Of a stretch of DNA of 45,600 nt, positions 1 to 10,100 are shown piece by piece. Below the pieces are notes generated by a model. The model made no database searches, had not been told where the DNA came from, and was given only the letters and a program-made list of their open reading frames with translations. The translations under genes were made by a program, and so were the position numbers. Each line of letters starts with the position of its first letter. Position 1 is the first letter of the stretch. The stretch covers positions 1-45,600 of the forward strand of contig DASRSQ010000355.1 in the NCBI GenBank assembly GCA_035656475.1. Reading direction: 5' to 3'. Source of the stretch: Gemmataceae bacterium. Its GTDB lineage: Bacteria > Planctomycetota > Planctomycetia > Gemmatales > Gemmataceae.

Positions 1-85
1 GACGCTCGCCTGGGCGACCAAACAAAAATGCTTCGCCACATTCCTAATTTAGATTGCTGATTGTCAATTGCGGAACAATTCCCGA

Positions 86-1087
86 TCACTTCACCGCTTC
101 CTGAAACTTCTTGCGCTCCTCGCTTTGCTGCAGCGTGTTCATTTCGACATAGCCCGCGGTCTTCACCAGATCGGTGCGACGCTGGTAGAAATCGACGAAT
201 TCCTTGACCTCGGGCCGCTTGAGCGAATCCTTCTTGACGTAGATGAAGAGCGGTCGGCTGATCGGATACTTTCCGCTGAGCACGTTTTCTTCGGTCGGCT
301 CATAGTAGGGATCGCCAGCTTTCTTGGCTATGGCGACGACGTTCAGCGTGCTCTTGTTGGCTGTGTAATAAGCGACGCCGAAAAACCCCATGGCGCCGTC
401 ATTCTTGGAGACGCCGGTGACGATTACGTTGTCGTCCTCGTGGCCGTTGTAGTCCTGGCGGATCAGGCGTTCCTTGCCGTTGACCGCTTCGGTGAAGTAG
501 TCGAAAGTGCCTGAGTCCTTGCCGGCGCCCCATAACGTCGATGCATTGAAGGGCTGATCGGGAAAGCTTGGATCGACATCCTTCCACGACTTGGCGTTCT
601 TGAACGTGTCGGTATCGGGATGCCAAATCTTTTTGAGTTGTTCCATCGTCAGCTTCTTGGCGAAGTCATTTTTCTTGTTGATGACGACGGCCAGCCCGTC
701 CCAGGCGACCTGTAGTTCGAGGAACTCGATTCCTTTTTTCTTGCACTGCTCGGCCTCGGAGCCCTTGATTTTTCGCGAGGCATCGCAAATATCGAGCTCG
801 TTGGCGATGAACTTGCGTAGGCCGCCGCCGGTCCCGGAGATGCCGATGCTGATGTTGACCTTGGGATGCAGCTTCTTGAACTGGGCGCTGACGGCTTCGG
901 TGATGAGATAGACGGTGCTGGAGCCGTCGATCTTGATTTCCCCCTTGGTCGCGCTCTCCTTCTCGTCTGTCGTCTTCTTCTCCTTGTCCCCTTTCGAGGG
1001 ATTGCAGCCCGCCGTGCCCAGGCACAGCGCGACCGTGAAGCCGACCATCGTCAAGAAACGGAGAACGGATTTCATCGTAATCCTCAT
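86..1087 (-). CDS. pstS: PstS-family phosphate ABC transporter substrate-binding lipoprotein
   Basis: 333-aa ORF with a lipoprotein-type signal (LCLGTAG-C). Motifs IKIDGSSTVYLITEAV, GISGTGGG and GKYPISRPLFIYV are typical of periplasmic phosphate-binding proteins. Confidence 0.85.
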   Translation of the reverse strand: MRITMKSVLRFLTMVGFTVALCLGTAGCNPSKGDKEKKTTDEKESATKGEIKIDGSSTVYLITEAVSAQFKKLHPKVNISIGISGTGGGLRKFIANELDICDASRKIKGSEAEQCKKKGIEFLELQVAWDGLAVVINKKNDFAKKLTMEQLKKIWHPDTDTFKNAKSWKDVDPSFPDQPFNASTLWGAGKDSGTFDYFTEAVNGKERLIRQDYNGHEDDNVIVTGVSKNDGAMGFFGVAYYTANKSTLNVVAIAKKAGDPYYEPTEENVLSGKYPISRPLFIYVKKDSLKRPEVKEFVDFYQRRTDLVKTAGYVEMNTLQQSEERKKFQEAVK

Positions 1088-1217
1088 GGCAACAACGGGA
1101 CGCCTCTCGCTCCATCACACATCGGCATTGTCGGAATCAGCGAAGGTTTTTCATCGGGAATACGGTTAAGATTTGATGAAGTGTCGCGCCGCGGGTTGCA
1201 GCGATACCAACCCGAAG

Positions 1218-1268
1218 CGCAAGCGAGGGATCTAACATGCTGCGACTACGATCTCTCGCTTGCGTTTT
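1218..1268. terminator. Long hairpin plus T4; terminator-like, orientation ambiguous
   Basis: CGCAAGCGAGGGATC (1218-1232) pairs with GATCTCTCGCTTGCG (1250-1264). That is 15 bp with one G-T position, followed by TTTT on the + strand. It lies 46 nt past the stop of the minus-strand gene 1310-2155. Confidence 0.4.
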
Positions 1269-1309
1269 GGGTTAGTATAGGCACCAGTCTGAAACAAATT
1301 GACTTATTG

Positions 1310-2155
1310 TCACTCCAGCCGGTCGTGCCGGGTGCGTCGCGCCTGGATCAACTCGGCACCGAAGAAAAGTGTCTGCGACGAGTAGTATACCCACATCAGG
1401 AAGACGACGATCGATCCACCGGCGCCGTACATCGAGGCGGCGCCTGAATAGATGATGTAATAGGAAACCAAGATCTTGCCGATGGTGAACAGGATCGACG
1501 CAATCATGGCGCCATACCAGACGTAGCCCCACGCGATTCGGCCGCCTGACAGAATGCGATACGATAGCGCGAATAGCACCGTGATGAACACGAACGACGC
1601 CCCCACCTCGACCCAGTGCCACGTCTCATCCATCGGCACCCGCGTCTCGCGCAATAGCCGCTGCAACAACGGGCTCACGAGACTGGCGAGCAGCGAAAGG
1701 AGCAACAGCGTGGCGATCACGAAAACCATGGCCACGGCGAGCGCGTAATCGAGCAGTATGCCCAGCCAGGTGTTGCCGTGCGGCGGCTCGATGCGCCAGA
1801 TAGTGCACAGGCTCGTGCGCACATGGAGGAACCCGCCCAGCGCGCCGGCGACCAGAAAGATAACGCTGATGATTGGCGTCCAGAACGTCTCCTGCTGTTG
1901 GCGATTGGCAACTTTCAGAAAGCTCTCGACCTGGCCAGCCACGTCGGTCCCCATGATCGATTCGAGTTGCTCGTGCACCTTCCCTTCGGCGGCATCCGCG
2001 CCAAAAATGCTGCCGGAAAGATAGACGGCGATCAGCAAGAGGGGCGCAATCGAAAAGAGCGTGTAGTAGGCCAGGGCGGCCCCCATGCGCGTGCCGCCGT
2101 CCGCGTTCCAGTTCAGGATCGCGCGGTAGATGATGCGCATGCTGGTCATGAACAT
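1310..2155 (-). CDS. YihY/BrkB family polytopic membrane protein
   Basis: 281-aa hydrophobic ORF. AALAYYTLFSIAPLLLI near the N-terminus and FFGAELI near the C-terminus are characteristic of the YihY/virulence factor BrkB family. Confidence 0.8.
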   Translation of the reverse strand: MFMTSMRIIYRAILNWNADGGTRMGAALAYYTLFSIAPLLLIAVYLSGSIFGADAAEGKVHEQLESIMGTDVAGQVESFLKVANRQQQETFWTPIISVIFLVAGALGGFLHVRTSLCTIWRIEPPHGNTWLGILLDYALAVAMVFVIATLLLLSLLASLVSPLLQRLLRETRVPMDETWHWVEVGASFVFITVLFALSYRILSGGRIAWGYVWYGAMIASILFTIGKILVSYYIIYSGAASMYGAGGSIVVFLMWVYYSSQTLFFGAELIQARRTRHDRLE

Positions 2156-2163
2156 GACGCGCC

Positions 2164-2841
2164 TCAGGAATCAGGCAGCATATCGAAGAACGGCGTGGGA
2201 TCGGACAGGTCGTGCAGCGTCAGGTCGGCCCGAGCCTCGCGCAGCTGCTCGTAGCTGTGGACCCCGGTCGCGACCGCAATCACCTTCGCGCCGATCGCCC
2301 GGGCGCATTTCACGTCGAGCGGGGTGTCGCCGATCACGAAGACACGCTCAAGTACAGGTTCGCGTCCCAGGTGAGTGCGGGTCGCAGCCAGCGCTTCGCG
2401 GGCCACATCGTCGCGGTCGAAATGATGGTCGCCGAAGCCGCCGAACGCGAAATGTTCGAACAGACCGTAGTGTCCTAGCTTGACGCGGGCCCCGGCGCGG
2501 ACGTTGCCCGTCAGCAGGCCGAGCGCGACATCATTGCGCTGCCGCAGCGTGGCGAGCACACCGAGGATGCCCGGCAGCACGCGGCCGTCGTGCCGATTGA
2601 GCGAAGCAGGCAGGCGTGCGAGGTATCCTGTCAGCAGGCGCTGCCAGTTATCGGCGCTTGGTTCGATGTCGTGGGAATGCAAAAGATCGCGGGCTATGGC
2701 CCGATCGGTACGGCCGCTGTATGGGATCTGTACGCGCAGCGGGATGGCGAAGATTTCGGTAAAGGCAAGTTCCAGGGCCGCCTTGCCCGCGCCGCCGCTC
2801 GCGAGGAGCGTTCCGTCGATGTCAAATAGGCATGCAATCAT
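2164..2841 (-). CDS. HAD-IA family hydrolase (phosphoglycolate-phosphatase-like)
   Basis: N-terminal FDIDGTLL (DxDGT motif I), LLTGN, and VIGDTPLDV (motif IV). 225 aa. Confidence 0.8.
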   Translation of the reverse strand: MIACLFDIDGTLLASGGAGKAALELAFTEIFAIPLRVQIPYSGRTDRAIARDLLHSHDIEPSADNWQRLLTGYLARLPASLNRHDGRVLPGILGVLATLRQRNDVALGLLTGNVRAGARVKLGHYGLFEHFAFGGFGDHHFDRDDVAREALAATRTHLGREPVLERVFVIGDTPLDVKCARAIGAKVIAVATGVHSYEQLREARADLTLHDLSDPTPFFDMLPDS

Positions 2842-2905
2842 GCCATTATTGTAGCAGGCGGAAAGGCGACCAGTAACCCGGCCGCTTTCGCGGCACGGCT
2901 CGCCG

Positions 2906-3703
2906 CTACCTGCGGGCCGGGTCGACGACGAGATTATTCTGCACGTCCTGCACGCCGGGCGTCATGCGGACCATGCCTTCGGCGGTGGCGCGTTCGGTCT
3001 CGGTGCCGACGACGCCGGACAGGAGAACGACGGCGCCTTTCATGTTCGTCTGAATGGTGGCACGGTTCTTGAGCATGCTCGAGTTAGCTATGGTCTGGCG
3101 GACATCGTTCTGGATCCACGAGAGTTGCGGCGTCACAAGCGGAAACGTCTCGGCAAGTGCGGTGGAATAGACCGGAGCGCGAGGTTGACCGAACGTGCCA
3201 AAGCCGGTCCCCTGGTTGGAAATGGCGGTGGTGGGAGCGGTGGCGGCGGCCGGATTGGGCACGTAGATATATTTGCCGAAGGCGGGGGCGTTCATGTTGC
3301 CGGAGGTATTCTGGGCGCCGAACTTGGATTGGTAACTCTGGGGAAGGCCAAGGGTGAAGAAGTTGACGTAGTTGCTGCCGAGGTAGTTGGAGTTGCTCGG
3401 GATGGTGGTGGCGGTTGGGGCAGCGGCGGTGGCGGAGATGGTGGCGGCGGGGGTGAGCAGGCCACTGCCGATGGCGGCGCTGACGCCCTGGGCGGTGGCA
3501 CCGGTCGTGCCGCCGGTGGTGCCGCCCGTCGTCCCGCCAGTGATGCCGCCGGTCGTGCCGCCTGTGGTCCCGCCGGTCGTGCCGCCCGTGGTGCCGCCCG
3601 TCGTCCCGCCGGTGGTGCCTCCCTGTGCGGCCACTCTTGCCTGCGCGAGCGCCAATGTCACGCAGGTGCCCAGAGCCAACGCGAGCCATTGCCGACTTGT
3701 CAT
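2906..3703 (-). CDS. Secreted BON-domain protein with (GGTT)n low-complexity tract
   Basis: Signal peptide MTSRQWLALALGTCVTLALAQA, about ten GGTT tetrapeptide repeats, and a C-terminal BON-like segment (GAVVLLSGVVGTETERATAEGMVRMTPGVQDVQNNLVV). Confidence 0.7.
   Translation of the reverse strand: MTSRQWLALALGTCVTLALAQARVAAQGGTTGGTTGGTTGGTTGGTTGGTTGGITGGTTGGTTGGTTGATAQGVSAAIGSGLLTPAATISATAAAPTATTIPSNSNYLGSNYVNFFTLGLPQSYQSKFGAQNTSGNMNAPAFGKYIYVPNPAAATAPTTAISNQGTGFGTFGQPRAPVYSTALAETFPLVTPQLSWIQNDVRQTIANSSMLKNRATIQTNMKGAVVLLSGVVGTETERATAEGMVRMTPGVQDVQNNLVVDPARR
3503..3622 (-). repeat. In-frame 12-nt tandem repeat (about 10 units) encoding GGTT
   Basis: The + strand reads ggtggtgccgcc / cgtcgtcccgcc / agtgatgccgcc / ggtcgtgccgcc and so on. 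On the minus strand this encodes GGTTGGTT...GGITGGTT. Confidence 0.9.
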
Positions 3704-3943
3704 GCTCCACCTCTTCGGACGGCGAAAAGAAAACGATCGTATTCGATCTATCGACGAGGGCGAAATCGGCCCATCAGTAAATGTGCACTTTCCTTATTAT
3801 CGCGTGCCCTGGAACGGGTGCAACAGGCAATTGATTAAATCCCGGTGAACGAACGAATCGCGCGAAAGTTCTTGTTCCCTTTGCCTGGCCTGTTAAACTA
3901 TCTACAACCTGCCTCAATGCCTCCATCCTACCTACGGGGCGTC

Positions 3944-6376
3944 ATGAGCTTCAAAGCATCCATCCTGTTTGCGGTCATCGTCCTGTTGATGCCGATCAGG
4001 GCGCTTGTCGCCCAGGACAAAGCGGTAACGGTCGCCGTCGATCCGGCCACCGTGAAACTGCAAGGTCCCTCGGCGGTGCAGACGCTGCTTCTGACCGGAA
4101 AAACCGCGGACGGTCGCGATTTCGACCTTACCGGCGCCGCCACCTATCAGTCCTCCCAGCCCGATATCGTCAGCGTCTCACAACGCGGCGTCTTGCGCGG
4201 CAAGAAGGACGGCAAGGCCGACATCACGGTCAGTGCCCAGGGCAAGATCGCGAAGGTCCAGGTCGAGGTGCGCGGCGCGCAGACGTCGCGCGATTACCAT
4301 TTCGAGAACGACGTCATGCCGTTGCTGAGCCGATATGCGTGCAACTCCGCGGGATGTCATGGCAATGCGAATGGGCAGAACGGCTTCAAGCTGTCGGTCT
4401 TCGGCTTCGACCCGACCGCCGACCACAATGCGCTCGTGAAGGAAGCACGCGGCCGACGCCTGATGCCGGCGGCTCCCGCATCAAGCCTGTTCCTGATGAA
4501 AGCCGCCGGCCAGATGCCGCACGGTGGCGGCACGCGCATCCGCGTCGGCTCGGAGGAGTACGAAGTCCTGCGCGGCTGGATCGCCGCCGGCGCCCCGATC
4601 GGCGATCCCAAGGCGGCGCACGTCGTCGCCGTCCGCGTCGAGCCGAAGGAACGCCTGTTGCGCATGAAGTCCGAACAGCAACTCCGCGTCATCGCCCGCT
4701 ACTCCGACGGCCGCGAGGCAGACGTCAGCCTGCACGCGCGTTACCAGACCAACCACGAAGGCCTGGCAAGCGTCAGCGCCGAGGGGCTCGTGACCGTCAA
4801 CAACACGCCCGGCGAGGTCGCGATCATGGCGAGCTACGCCAACTGCATCGACACCTTTCGCGCCCTCGTGCCTCGCCGGGAAGTCATCGCGAACTATCCC
4901 GCCTTTCCCGAGAACAACTTCATCGACCGCCTCGTCGTTGCCAAGCTCAAGAAACTCAACATCGCGCCATCGGACTTGTGCGACGACAGCACCTATCTGC
5001 GCCGCATCTATCTCGACGTCATCGGCACCTTGCCGACCGCGGACGAGGCACGACGGTTCCTCGCGGACAAGCGTCCGAACAAGCGTGAGTTGCTCGTCGA
5101 CGAGTTGCTCGAACGTCCCGAATACGCCGACTACTGGGCGCTCATGTGGTCTGACGCGCTGCGCGTCGATCGCCAGGCGCTCGGGCACAAGCGGGCTTAT
5201 GCGTTTTACCGCTGGATCCGCGAGAGCATGGCCCAGAACAAGCCGTTCGACCAGTTCGCGCGCGAACTGCTGACCGCCGAAGGGCCGCTCGAAGAGACAG
5301 GGCCGGCCAACTTCTACAAGGTTGTCACCAAGCCCGGCGAGACCGCTAGCACGCTGTCGCAGGTGCTGCTCGGCGTCCGCATCGCCTGCGCGGAGTGTCA
5401 TCATCATCCGTACGATCGCTGGAGCCAGACCGACTATTACGGCATGCAGGCTTTCTTCACGCCGGTGTCGATCAAGCCCTCGTCGCGCGGCGATTCGCTG
5501 CAGGTGCAAGGCGACCCGGTGACGAAGCATCCGCGCACCGGCGACACCATCCAGCCATACGCGCTGGCGACGAATATGCCCGAGAAGGCGCCGACCGGAG
5601 ATCGCCGGCTCGTGCTCGCGGAATGGATGACGTCGCCGAAGAACCCGTTCTTCGCCCGCAACCTCGCCAATCGCGTCTGGGCTCATATGCTTGGCCGCGG
5701 CCTCGTCGAACCGATCGACGATGTGCGCGACACCAACCCGCCCAGCAATCCCGAGCTGCTCGACGCGCTCAGCAAGCAGGTTGTCGACAGCAAGTACGAC
5801 GTGAAGCAGCTCATCCGCACGATCGCGAAGTCGCGCACCTATCAGCAATCGTCGAAGCCGAACGCGACCAACGAGAAGGATGCGATCAACTACTCGCGCG
5901 CCTCGTTCCGCCGCATCGAGGCGGAGGTCTTGCTCGATATGGTGAGCCAGACGGTCGGCGTGCCGGAGAAGTTCGGCGGCGCGCCGACGGGCACGCGCGC
6001 CATCCAGCTCTGGGATAGCAAGGTCAACCACTATTTCCTAAAGCTCTACGGCCGACCGCAGCGCCAGACCGCCTGCGAATGCGAGCGCGTGGTTGAACCG
6101 AGCGTGTCGCAGGTGCTGCATCTCTTGAACGCGCCCGAGATCCACGCCAAGCTCACGCACGAGCGTGGCAACATCAGACGCTGGGCCCTCGCGAAGAAGA
6201 GCGATGTCGAGCTGGTCGACGAGATCTACCTGACGTTCTATTCGCGCCTGCCCGACGAGCGTGAACGCGCGACGGCGCTCGAGCACCTGAAACGGCATAC
6301 CACGCATCGGCGCGAAGCCGCCGAGGATCTTGCGTGGACGTTGATGAACACGCTCGAATTCGTGTTCAAGCGATAA
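3944..6376 (+). CDS. Big_2 + PSCyt/DUF1549 + DUF1553 (PSD1) planctomycete-type secreted protein
   Basis: ATG 3944 gives the signal peptide MSFKASILFAVIVLLMPIRALVAQ; the track ORF starts at GTG 3845. Motifs: ACNSAGCHGNANGQNGFKLSVFGFDP (PSCyt), YLDVIGTLPTADEARRF and YWALMWSDALR (DUF1549), ACAECHHHPYDRWSQTDYYG (DUF1553). Confidence 0.85.
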   Translation: MSFKASILFAVIVLLMPIRALVAQDKAVTVAVDPATVKLQGPSAVQTLLLTGKTADGRDFDLTGAATYQSSQPDIVSVSQRGVLRGKKDGKADITVSAQGKIAKVQVEVRGAQTSRDYHFENDVMPLLSRYACNSAGCHGNANGQNGFKLSVFGFDPTADHNALVKEARGRRLMPAAPASSLFLMKAAGQMPHGGGTRIRVGSEEYEVLRGWIAAGAPIGDPKAAHVVAVRVEPKERLLRMKSEQQLRVIARYSDGREADVSLHARYQTNHEGLASVSAEGLVTVNNTPGEVAIMASYANCIDTFRALVPRREVIANYPAFPENNFIDRLVVAKLKKLNIAPSDLCDDSTYLRRIYLDVIGTLPTADEARRFLADKRPNKRELLVDELLERPEYADYWALMWSDALRVDRQALGHKRAYAFYRWIRESMAQNKPFDQFARELLTAEGPLEETGPANFYKVVTKPGETASTLSQVLLGVRIACAECHHHPYDRWSQTDYYGMQAFFTPVSIKPSSRGDSLQVQGDPVTKHPRTGDTIQPYALATNMPEKAPTGDRRLVLAEWMTSPKNPFFARNLANRVWAHMLGRGLVEPIDDVRDTNPPSNPELLDALSKQVVDSKYDVKQLIRTIAKSRTYQQSSKPNATNEKDAINYSRASFRRIEAEVLLDMVSQTVGVPEKFGGAPTGTRAIQLWDSKVNHYFLKLYGRPQRQTACECERVVEPSVSQVLHLLNAPEIHAKLTHERGNIRRWALAKKSDVELVDEIYLTFYSRLPDERERATALEHLKRHTTHRREAAEDLAWTLMNTLEFVFKR

Positions 6377-6430
6377 CACCCTGTTTGTCGCAACCGCGAA
6401 CAGTTTGGGGGGGTAGCGCTGCCTGACCCT

Positions 6431-7117
6431 ATGGTGCGATCCTTGAGAAAGTACCGTGTGTGTTTGCTACTGGTGCCAGTATTATTGATCGCGCTATTCT
6501 GCCTGCGCGAAGCGTACGTCGGTTTGGTGTCCCCAACCTTCCATGCGATTTATTACGAGGCACTCTTGGGCGATGATGAGCGCTCAGTGTCAATCCTCGT
6601 CGAAGCCCTCGCCGACAGGCGCGAAGTGGTAAGATCCGTGGTCGTAAGCCAGTTGGCAAAAAGGGATTGTCTCGACCAGTTGATGGAGCGTGGGCTGAGC
6701 AATTCGAACGCCGCCACCAGAGAAGGGGCCGCATCTGTTTTGGTTCTGATGTCGCCCTGGGTCGTTGTTCCAAAAGACAAGGAACAAGAGTTACGAACGG
6801 AGTTGCGCCGAAATATGCAAGATGCCGACCCGTTGGTGAGAGTGCAGTCCGCGCGGGCGTGCTGGGCGATATTCCGCGACAAGAGCGTGCTTGACGTCTA
6901 TATCGACACTTTTGGCCAACTTGATCTCACTGGCGCCAAGGACCGCAGGACATGCTACCAGCTGTTCAACGGCATCTGGGAGATGCGATCGGATGGCAGG
7001 CCGGCCACCGATTTTCTTCAGGAGCAGACGAAAAGCGGTGATAGAGTGGTTCAGTCATGGGCTCAATCCGCTCTGAAAGGAATCGAAGACCCGAAGGTCG
7101 AGTTCTTCGGTGACTAA
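6431..7117 (+). CDS. Membrane-anchored HEAT-like repeat protein (hypothetical)
   Basis: N-terminal hydrophobic anchor CLLLVPVLLIALFCL. Repeated helical units of the D.D..VR..AA.A type (DADPLVRVQSARACWA; DRVVQSWAQSALK). Confidence 0.5.
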   Translation: MVRSLRKYRVCLLLVPVLLIALFCLREAYVGLVSPTFHAIYYEALLGDDERSVSILVEALADRREVVRSVVVSQLAKRDCLDQLMERGLSNSNAATREGAASVLVLMSPWVVVPKDKEQELRTELRRNMQDADPLVRVQSARACWAIFRDKSVLDVYIDTFGQLDLTGAKDRRTCYQLFNGIWEMRSDGRPATDFLQEQTKSGDRVVQSWAQSALKGIEDPKVEFFGD

Positions 7118-7193
7118 CTGCGGACGCAGTTCAACCGTTTCCGCCTGCCGATGTCCCGCCTTGTTCGCATTCCCTATCCCGAGGAGTAGCGTC

Positions 7194-10100
7194 ATGTCGT
7201 TGCCAGGATCGATTTCCCGAGTCGTCGTGCTGGGAGTGCTCGCGCTGGGGTTCGCCTACGAATCGGGTGCGGGGCCGCAGTCAGACGACAAGGGGGACAC
7301 GAAGCCGGCGCCGCGCCGGCCATGGGATTCGGCGCGCGACATGCCACGCCCGGTTGCCTCGGACCCGGCGGTGAAGCTCGACTATCCGATCGTGTACGTG
7401 CGCGTGCCGCGGCCCTATCCGAAGCCCTATGCGGGGATCAATCATCTCAACCAAGCGGGATTGCACCAGACCAATGCGCCGGGCGCCGAGCTGCGCATTC
7501 TTCACCCGGATGGGCGCGACGAATCGCTGGTGCCGGTGGAACCGCAGGAATCGATCACCGATCCGGTGGTGTCGTTCGATGCGCAATGGGTTTACTTTGC
7601 GAAGTTCCACAACATGAACACCGGTCCGTCGGCAAGCATGACTCATTTGCAGAGCACGAAGGGATCCGACATCTACAAGGTGCACGTTGCGAGCAAGAAG
7701 GTCGTGCAGCTCACGAAGCAGGAGCGCACTCCGAGCGCGGCGGCACTAGCCGTTGGGAAGGAATCGCATCCGCGCGGCGTGCACAACCTGGCGCCATGCC
7801 CCGTCGCCGGCGGCCGCATCGTCTTTGTCAGCGATCGCAACGGCATCCGCGGCGTGCGCGAGCAGACGCAGCCCGCGTTGCAGCTCTTTGCCATGGACGA
7901 CGACGGCACAAACATCGACTTCATCGGTCCGCTCAACTTCGGCACCGCGCTGCACCCGGTCGCGCTGCGCGATGGCCGCGTCATGTTCAGCTCGCTCGAA
8001 ACGCAAGGTTTGCGCAGCGACGAACGCTGGGGCATCTGGGCGATTCACCCGGATGGCACGAACTGGGGCCCGCTGACAAGCGCCCTCGGCTCGCCCCCGG
8101 GCCAGGCAGTCCATTTCCAGACGCAACTTTCCGACGAGAGCATTGTCGTTGAGACGTACTATCAGACCGGCTCGACCGATGGCTTCGGCAGCTACTACAA
8201 ATTCCCGATGCGCCTACCACCCGGTCAGCCGAGCTTCGCCCCTGCCGCAAAGCGATTCACGCCGCATGGCATGGTCAATCTGACGCTGTTCGCCAGCCAT
8301 CAGGACGTGCGGCCCAATCAGAAGACCAATCCCTTCGATAGCAACCCCTTCTTCGGCAACGTCACGCATCCGTCGGCCGCGCCCGACAATCATCTGCTGA
8401 CGACGTGGGCGATGCCGTTCGACGCCCAGGACCAGAGCGTGCCGGTGTACGACGCAGGCATCTATTTGATCAAATCGGGCCGACCGATCAATCATCCGTC
8501 GAAGATGCTGCTCGTCAAGAATGATCCGAAGTACCAGGAGTTGTGGCCGCGCGCCCTCGTGCCGTATCAGCGCATCTATGGCGTCGAGGCGCCGCCGAAA
8601 TTGACGCATCGCAACGATGGCAAGACGTCTCCGCACCTGCCCGCGGGGACGCCGTTCGGGCTCGTCGGCAGTACGAGCCTGTACAAGCGCGAAAGCTATC
8701 CGAATGGCGTCGTGCCGCCGGGCGCCGTCACCGGGCGCTCGGCGAGGCCGGAAGATCGCAAGCAACTCTGGCGCGAGCTGGCCGTGTCACGCTTCGGCTA
8801 CCCGGGCAACTGGGGTGAACAGGGCGCCGATGCCGGCCTCTATTCGAGCAGCGACATCTGGGGCATCCGCATCTTGATTCTCGAGCCGGTCAGCGACGCA
8901 ATCTCGAAAAAGCGCGGCCATTTCGCCCTGGGCAGCGACGCCGAGGAACGCATTCGCATTCTGGGCGAGTTTCCTGTACGACATTTTCTCCCCTCTCCTT
9001 CTGGGAGAGGGGCGGGGGGTGAGGGCAGCAAGCAGCCGCTCGATCCGGACGGCAATCCGGATACCAGCTTCCTCGCCAAGGTGCCGGCCGATGTCGCATG
9101 GACGTTCCAGACGCTCGACAACAACGGCATGGTCGTCAACATGGCCCAGACCTGGCACCAGGTCCGCCCAGGCGAGGTGCGCAACAACTGCGGCGGCTGC
9201 CACGCCCACAGCCAGCAGCCGACGCCGTTCGAGAAGACCGCCGCGGCAAAGCCCGATTACAAGATCTGGGACTTGACCGTGAATCAGCCGCTGTTCACGA
9301 CCAAGGCCAGGGATCGCAGCGGCACGAAGTGGGACGCTGCCGATCGCACCGGCATCACCTTCACGAGAGGCGTGACCGATGTCGAGTTCCATCGCGATAT
9401 TAAGCCGATCCTGGGGCGAAGCTGCGTTGCCTGCCACTCGGTCAAGCACGCGAAGCCCGCGGGACGGCTCGCGCTCGATGACGATAGCCCGATCAAGAAG
9501 CGAGGCCTCGTGCCGTGGGCCGAGAACGTGCAAGTGCCACAGGGATTGCCGCAGAGCTATGCCCGATTGGTGCAATACACCTGGGCGTTTCAAGCGCGGC
9601 GCAGCCCGCTCATGTGGATGATCCACGGCAAGCGCCTCGACGGCTTCGACAACAACGATGTCCCAAGTCCGCCGCTCGATCTGCTTGACGAGAAGAACGT
9701 GCTCGACTGGTGCCATCATGGCAAACGCCGTATGTACGATGTCGACTACAACGGCCACACGATGCCGCCTGCCGACGCAGTCGCCGGCAAGGCGAAGGGC
9801 CCCGACGGCCAGCTCGTCAAGGTCGCGCCGCTCTCCGATGACGACAAACTGACGCTCGCACGCTGGATCGATATCGGCTGCCCCATCGACCGCGACGCCA
9901 AGATCGGCTGGCTGCTTGACGAGGGCCGCCCCACGTTGACGCTCACCGCTCATCCGGACTGCATCCTGATCGGTATGCACGATTACGGCACCGGCATTGA
10001 TGCGACCTCGTTCAAGGTCACGGCGGACGTCGCCATCAATGGCGTCAAGGCGGGGGACAATCTCGCGTCTGCCTTCAAATCGATCGCTCCTGGCATCATG

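Noticed and set aside
1281-1313. CTGAAACAAATTGACTTATTGTCAC, considered as a Pho-box-like direct repeat upstream of pstS.
   Set aside because: It matches the CTGTCAT-N4-CTGTCAT consensus poorly, lies more than 200 nt from the pstS start and overlaps the yihY-like stop codon. PhoB site preferences in this phylum are unknown to me.
4481-6031. 516-aa ORF on the minus strand, opposite the DUF1549/DUF1553 gene.
   Set aside because: It is Arg/Ala/Leu/Gly-rich with no recognisable motifs, and it lies entirely antisense to a CDS with strong family signatures. This is a typical high-GC shadow ORF.
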